Assembly: GCA_040260805.1 (NCBI GenBank)
Contig: JBDQPD010000064.1
Coordinates: 1 to 19,399, forward strand
Origin: Myxococcota bacterium
GTDB lineage: Bacteria; Myxococcota; UBA4151
Direction: 5' to 3'
DNA: 19,399 nucleotides
The notes below the pieces were generated by a model that saw only the letters and a program-made list of their open reading frames with translations, did no database searches and had not been told where the DNA came from. Both the position numbers and the translations under genes were made by a program. Positions 15,307-19,399 of the stretch are shown here, one piece after another. Position 1 is the stretch's first letter; every line of letters begins with the position of its first letter.

Positions 15307-18300
15307 ATGGTTTCAGAGCGCGAACAAGATCTGAAAAACAATGTTTTTGTCGGCTTGACCGCGTGCTTTCTTGCCGTCGCTTCTGGCTGCGGCGGGGGCA
15401 TTCTTCCTGATCTTCCTGATCCCAATCAAGCCGAGGTGTTGCCAAGTGTCCTCCAGATACGAGTCTCTGACCCTGATTTAGCGTTTGATCAAGCGTGGCA
15501 GGTTCCTAACGAAACTCAATGGGTTGAGCTCGAAGTTTTAGTGCTGGGCGGAGCCGCTCAAACCGCTATGCCCGATGAGACCGTCAATTTTACCTTTGAA
15601 AATGCGCGCCAGGCGGCGACTCGCGTGCTGGGTCTGGACCAGGGAAGCTCTTGCTCAACCGACGAGACCGGCCGATGCCGTCTAGCGGTTCGCTTGGGTA
15701 CAGAACCTGGTGATTGGGTGATCCGAGCGGCGGCTTTGCGCAACGCGCAGGCTTTTGCTGAGCAGCATTTGGTCATCGGCATCGGCGATCGCCGTCGGGT
15801 AAAGATCGAAGCGCCAGGGCTACCGGTTCGCGACTGGAACGGGTCGCTGCCCGACCCTTGGCTTCGTGACGAGTTGATTTTAGCGCGCAGCGAGGCTGAG
15901 GGGGCTCCGTTCAAGCTGACGGTCTGCGACCAACACGACAACCCGGTGCCAGGCGCACGAATTATACTCTTAGTTCGGGGCGTAGGAGCGTCCTCAGGTG
16001 CGGTCGGTGATGCAGGCCCTCCCGCTGACACTGAAGCGCCGATGCTCGATGCTAATCAGCTCGACGTCGCTCAGCCTAGAGATGTCGGTTTCGGTGATGC
16101 GGCTGTCGGCGACGCCGCTAGCGCTGTTGACCCAACCGGCTGCTCCCTCGCTGCGTGTTTAGGTGGCGAATCGAGCGAGCGAGTGGAAGGGGTGACCGAC
16201 GACGACGGTCACTTCGCCACTCAGTTGGTTCCTGGCGCCTCATCAGGGCGCTTTGCGCTTGAGGTTCGGATCGAAGAAACCGGCGACGATGCCTACCCAT
16301 TTCCCAGCGTTGCCCTGAATGGAAAAACGTATCAGCGTTTAGCCAGCCAGATCGTCTTTGATGGCCGCGCCGTGTGCTTTCCGGCTGATAGCTTGCGCGG
16401 CGCCCGCGTGCGCGTCCTCGACTCGACCGGAGCAGGCGTCGCCAACAGTGCGCTTCAGATTCTTGCTGAAGGCCTCTTTGGTGCGAGCGCTCCGCCGACC
16501 GATGACGAGGGTTGGGCTGAGTTGACGGCGCGCTGCCCATCGCAGCCGCCAGGTATCAATGAGGTCCTGCTCTTGCGTGCGATCGTGGTCGATCAACCGG
16601 GGATTCAAATTGATATCCCGGTCGCTTTCGAGACCGCTGCGCCCGACCGAATCGACTATGTCCCGATCCACTTTGATGCCAATTCGATCACTGCTGGCAG
16701 CGTCTCAAGGTTGAGGTTTCGAGTCACGGACCGCAACGGCTTTCCCGTACCTGAGGCGAGCGTCACCGCGCAGCCACTCAGTGATGCAGACCTTGGCCGG
16801 CTGACCTTTCGAAGCGGTGAGGATTTTGTCTCGACCCAAACCCTTGAGACCAACCTCGTTGGCGAGGTGATCTTTGAGGTGCGCCCCGTCGGTGCGCGCA
16901 CGCAGCCAGAGTATCCGCTTCAGCTGAAGGTGTTTGCATCGCTTGATCCGGTGGTGCACGCCCTCGTTCCGGTTCACGTGATGGGTGGAACGCCTCAGCG
17001 TGTGCAGGTGGTGCGCGGGCAGAACATGCAATTATTGACTGGACAAGGCGGCGCGGTCGTCACCGTACGCGTCGACGACGGACAGGATAACCCGATCTCA
17101 AACGTTGTGGTCACCTTGCAGCCACCCCCTTCGGTCGTCATGGCGCCTGTACAAGGCAGAACGGACACACGGGGCGAGTTCAGCGCTGGAGTGCTCGAGG
17201 TGAGGGGGTTTGAGGACGACCAAACCGTCAGGGTCCCGGTGTCTGCGCGCTGGGTCGACAGTGAGGGCGTGGAGTGGACCGAGAACGCAGAGGTCCTTCT
17301 TCGGCTTGGGGTCGGTTCGGCGCAAGGGGTCGCTTTTGAGCAGGCAGGAGAAGCGCTCGCTGAGTGCGAGGGGTTACCATGCCTCAAGGCGCCTGTTGGC
17401 CAACTGCTCGAGACTCCGCTTGAAGTTCAGGTCGTCAACGCAAACGGCGGACCGCTGGCGCAACAGCCCGTGGCGATCAATCTGGTTGATGATCAACCAC
17501 AGGGCTGTGGGAGTCGGCCCGGCGAGGGCGCTGATTTAGGGACAACCGGTGAGCGCGGCGCGCTCGATGTGGGCGGCGACGTCGGCGCAGCCTGGCGTCT
17601 AGGGGATCAAGCGCGCGACTGCCTTTGGGAGGTCGTCAGCGGTCAGGTCACGCAGCGCCTTGTGGTGCGGCAGCAGCCTGGGCTGCCGAGCCTAGGGACC
17701 TTTCAAGCCTACGATGGGGACGGCGCGTTGTTCGGCTTGCCGAGCGCTACGCTTGAGCTTGCGGCGCGTCCGTTCAATTTTAGACGTCCGCTCATTTTTG
17801 GGCCTGAAAACGCACACCGCGTTCGCTTGGTCATACTCGATCGTTTTGGGAACCCGCTCGCCGGTTCAAGTGTTTTTGCGGACCCCGCAAATTGTCATGT
17901 CGATCGCCCGGATCTGCGGCTCGACCAGCAAGGCGCAGCGGATGTGTGGGTCGCCGCTGGCGCGATGGTTGATCAGCCGTGTCTACTCTCGGTGCTGTCG
18001 CTGGCTGGTTGGGAAGGTGATCCGCCGAGTGCCCAATTTGTGATCGGGGGCGGGCTCGTGGATGTGCGTGATTTTGTTTGGGATGACGCGGTGTCCAGTC
18101 AAACGCGCGTCCTTGCGTTCCCGGTGACCGGTGATTGGGAGGGCTTCGAGACGGGCTACTTTCGTGGCGGTCTTGACGAAGGCGTTTCATTGCCTTTGAG
18201 CGAGAGCACACAGGACGGCTTATGCACCAATCGCGCGGTCTGCACGCAGGCGGAACTCGTCTATTTAGGGACCTATGAAGGGTTGCTGCCCTCGCCACGT

Positions 18301-19399
18301 GTGCTCTGCGGCGCCGGGCAAGAATGCCAGCGTCTTTTGCTGACGAAAGTGGGCAGCAGAGTGAGCGTTCAGGTGCCGCGCGAGCACGTGCGCACGCCTG
18401 GTCGCTTTGGGATGCGTCTGGTGACGCCAGGCCAGCCGGAGACGAGCAGCGCAATCCTTCCGTTTTGGGCGAGGGTGACCCCTTATGGTCGCCAGCGCCG
18501 GGTGCAGGTTTCGCTTCCGGCGCCCTGGCGTTGGGGGGTTACCGCGACCAATTCGAGCAGCGTGACTAAATCCGTGCATGCGCAGCGGTTTGATGATGGG
18601 CGTGTGCGCATGGACAGCTGCGGTTTGGGGTCAGAGCACGGGCGTGACATCACCGCCTGGGTGGCGACATCAACCAGCCCAGCGCCGAGCGCTCAGCGGA
18701 TGACCGAGGTTCCTGCTCAAGCACAAGCGCTCTCGATTGGGGTATCAGGCTACCAGGCGGCGAGGGATGTATCGACGCGAATGTGCGTCCCGGATGACGT
18801 CAACGGTGACGGTGTTCAAGACCTGATCATCTACGGGAAACCCTCCGGGAACCTGCACGGGCGCAATTGTGTTCATCTGGTCGTGGGACACGAGCAGGAC
18901 GGTTATGTCCGCCAAGCGAACGACCTCGCAGGGTACTGCGGGACGATCCCGGAGTGCAGCGTGCGCCAGGTTGGCGAGGGGGAGACGGCGATCGCCGTGA
19001 TCGACTGGTGCGACCCTGACTTCCCCGTAAATGAGCGGGCTCGCTCACTGTCAGCAGCCGGCTCGACAGTGGACAATACCCGTTATTTTGAGTTGAATTT
19101 TTCGTCGATCGATTATGGTGAGGCGAACGGTAACGAGCGACTCTCCAGGGTCTGGTCGCTGCGCCGCCTTGGGCGATTAGGCCAAGGCGGACGCTTTGTC
19201 GTCACCGACACCTCGACGCCCTCTCATCTGCGCCACGGCGTGCTGGGGTGGGATCAGATCGACCTCGATGGTCTGGGTTGGGATGAGGTGGTTCACTACG
19301 CCTACAACACCAAGAACAGGTGCGGAGGTTTCAACGCTGCCTACCGATGCAGCTTGATGGCTCAAGGTGGCGCTGAGGTGCACGCTGGCGGTGGTAGAC
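15307..19399 (+). CDS. Very large lipoprotein (>1364 aa, 3' truncated) with about 7 invasin/intimin-type Ig-like units and FG-GAP-like motifs
   Basis: Manual frame-1 translation from ATG 15307 has no stop to the window end. Lipobox ASG-C; repeated V-x-D-x-x-G/D-N-P-V and T-D-x-x-G motifs; DVNGDGVQDL at 18796 and DLDGLGWDEV at 19261. Confidence 0.9.
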   Translation, partial: MVSEREQDLKNNVFVGLTACFLAVASGCGGGILPDLPDPNQAEVLPSVLQIRVSDPDLAFDQAWQVPNETQWVELEVLVLGGAAQTAMPDETVNFTFENARQAATRVLGLDQGSSCSTDETGRCRLAVRLGTEPGDWVIRAAALRNAQAFAEQHLVIGIGDRRRVKIEAPGLPVRDWNGSLPDPWLRDELILARSEAEGAPFKLTVCDQHDNPVPGARIILLVRGVGASSGAVGDAGPPADTEAPMLDANQLDVAQPRDVGFGDAAVGDAASAVDPTGCSLAACLGGESSERVEGVTDDDGHFATQLVPGASSGRFALEVRIEETGDDAYPFPSVALNGKTYQRLASQIVFDGRAVCFPADSLRGARVRVLDSTGAGVANSALQILAEGLFGASAPPTDDEGWAELTARCPSQPPGINEVLLLRAIVVDQPGIQIDIPVAFETAAPDRIDYVPIHFDANSITAGSVSRLRFRVTDRNGFPVPEASVTAQPLSDADLGRLTFRSGEDFVSTQTLETNLVGEVIFEVRPVGARTQPEYPLQLKVFASLDPVVHALVPVHVMGGTPQRVQVVRGQNMQLLTGQGGAVVTVRVDDGQDNPISNVVVTLQPPPSVVMAPVQGRTDTRGEFSAGVLEVRGFEDDQTVRVPVSARWVDSEGVEWTENAEVLLRLGVGSAQGVAFEQAGEALAECEGLPCLKAPVGQLLETPLEVQVVNANGGPLAQQPVAINLVDDQPQGCGSRPGEGADLGTTGERGALDVGGDVGAAWRLGDQARDCLWEVVSGQVTQRLVVRQQPGLPSLGTFQAYDGDGALFGLPSATLELAARPFNFRRPLIFGPENAHRVRLVILDRFGNPLAGSSVFADPANCHVDRPDLRLDQQGAADVWVAAGAMVDQPCLLSVLSLAGWEGDPPSAQFVIGGGLVDVRDFVWDDAVSSQTRVLAFPVTGDWEGFETGYFRGGLDEGVSLPLSESTQDGLCTNRAVCTQAELVYLGTYEGLLPSPRVLCGAGQECQRLLLTKVGSRVSVQVPREHVRTPGRFGMRLVTPGQPETSSAILPFWARVTPYGRQRRVQVSLPAPWRWGVTATNSSSVTKSVHAQRFDDGRVRMDSCGLGSEHGRDITAWVATSTSPAPSAQRMTEVPAQAQALSIGVSGYQAARDVSTRMCVPDDVNGDGVQDLIIYGKPSGNLHGRNCVHLVVGHEQDGYVRQANDLAGYCGTIPECSVRQVGEGETAIAVIDWCDPDFPVNERARSLSAAGSTVDNTRYFELNFSSIDYGEANGNERLSRVWSLRRLGRLGQGGRFVVTDTSTPSHLRHGVLGWDQIDLDGLGWDEVVHYAYNTKNRCGGFNAAYRCSLMAQGGAEVHAGGGR

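Noticed and set aside
15254..19383. The many short ORFs listed on both strands in this interval
   Set aside because: They are shadow frames of the single long frame-1 gene.
1..19399. CRISPR array, tRNA or rRNA genes
   Set aside because: No regularly spaced nucleotide repeats with unique spacers or tRNA/rRNA signatures were seen by eye. All periodicity lies within protein repeats. An Infernal/tRNAscan run would be needed to be certain.

Overview
GC-rich bacterial window, most consistent with a Myxococcota/deltaproteobacterial genome (inferred from CGDG..CDDGN Cys-rich repeats, acidic DAG linkers and many Cys-rich lipoproteins). It holds about 20 mostly hypothetical genes dominated by exported proteins and lipoproteins: two MORN-variant/YwqK-like proteins, DUF2237- and DUF6428-like proteins, several disulfide-rich lipoproteins, an MDR oxidoreductase coupled to a membrane protein, and a >1364-aa Ig-like/FG-GAP lipoprotein that the ORF track misses because it runs off the right edge. 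The best lead is at the left edge. An isolated 18-nt copy of the conserved glmS 3' end (TCC GTC ACG GTG GAG TAG = SVTVE*, 452-469) directly abuts a small ORF carrying only a large-serine-recombinase DNA-binding motif. This looks like the distal attachment site of a glmS-targeting integrative element. A probable 24-aa hydrophobic small protein with a strong but potentially sequestered Shine-Dalgarno site lies at 7894-7968. I saw no rRNA, tRNA or CRISPR array. All family calls come from recalled motifs, not from database searches.
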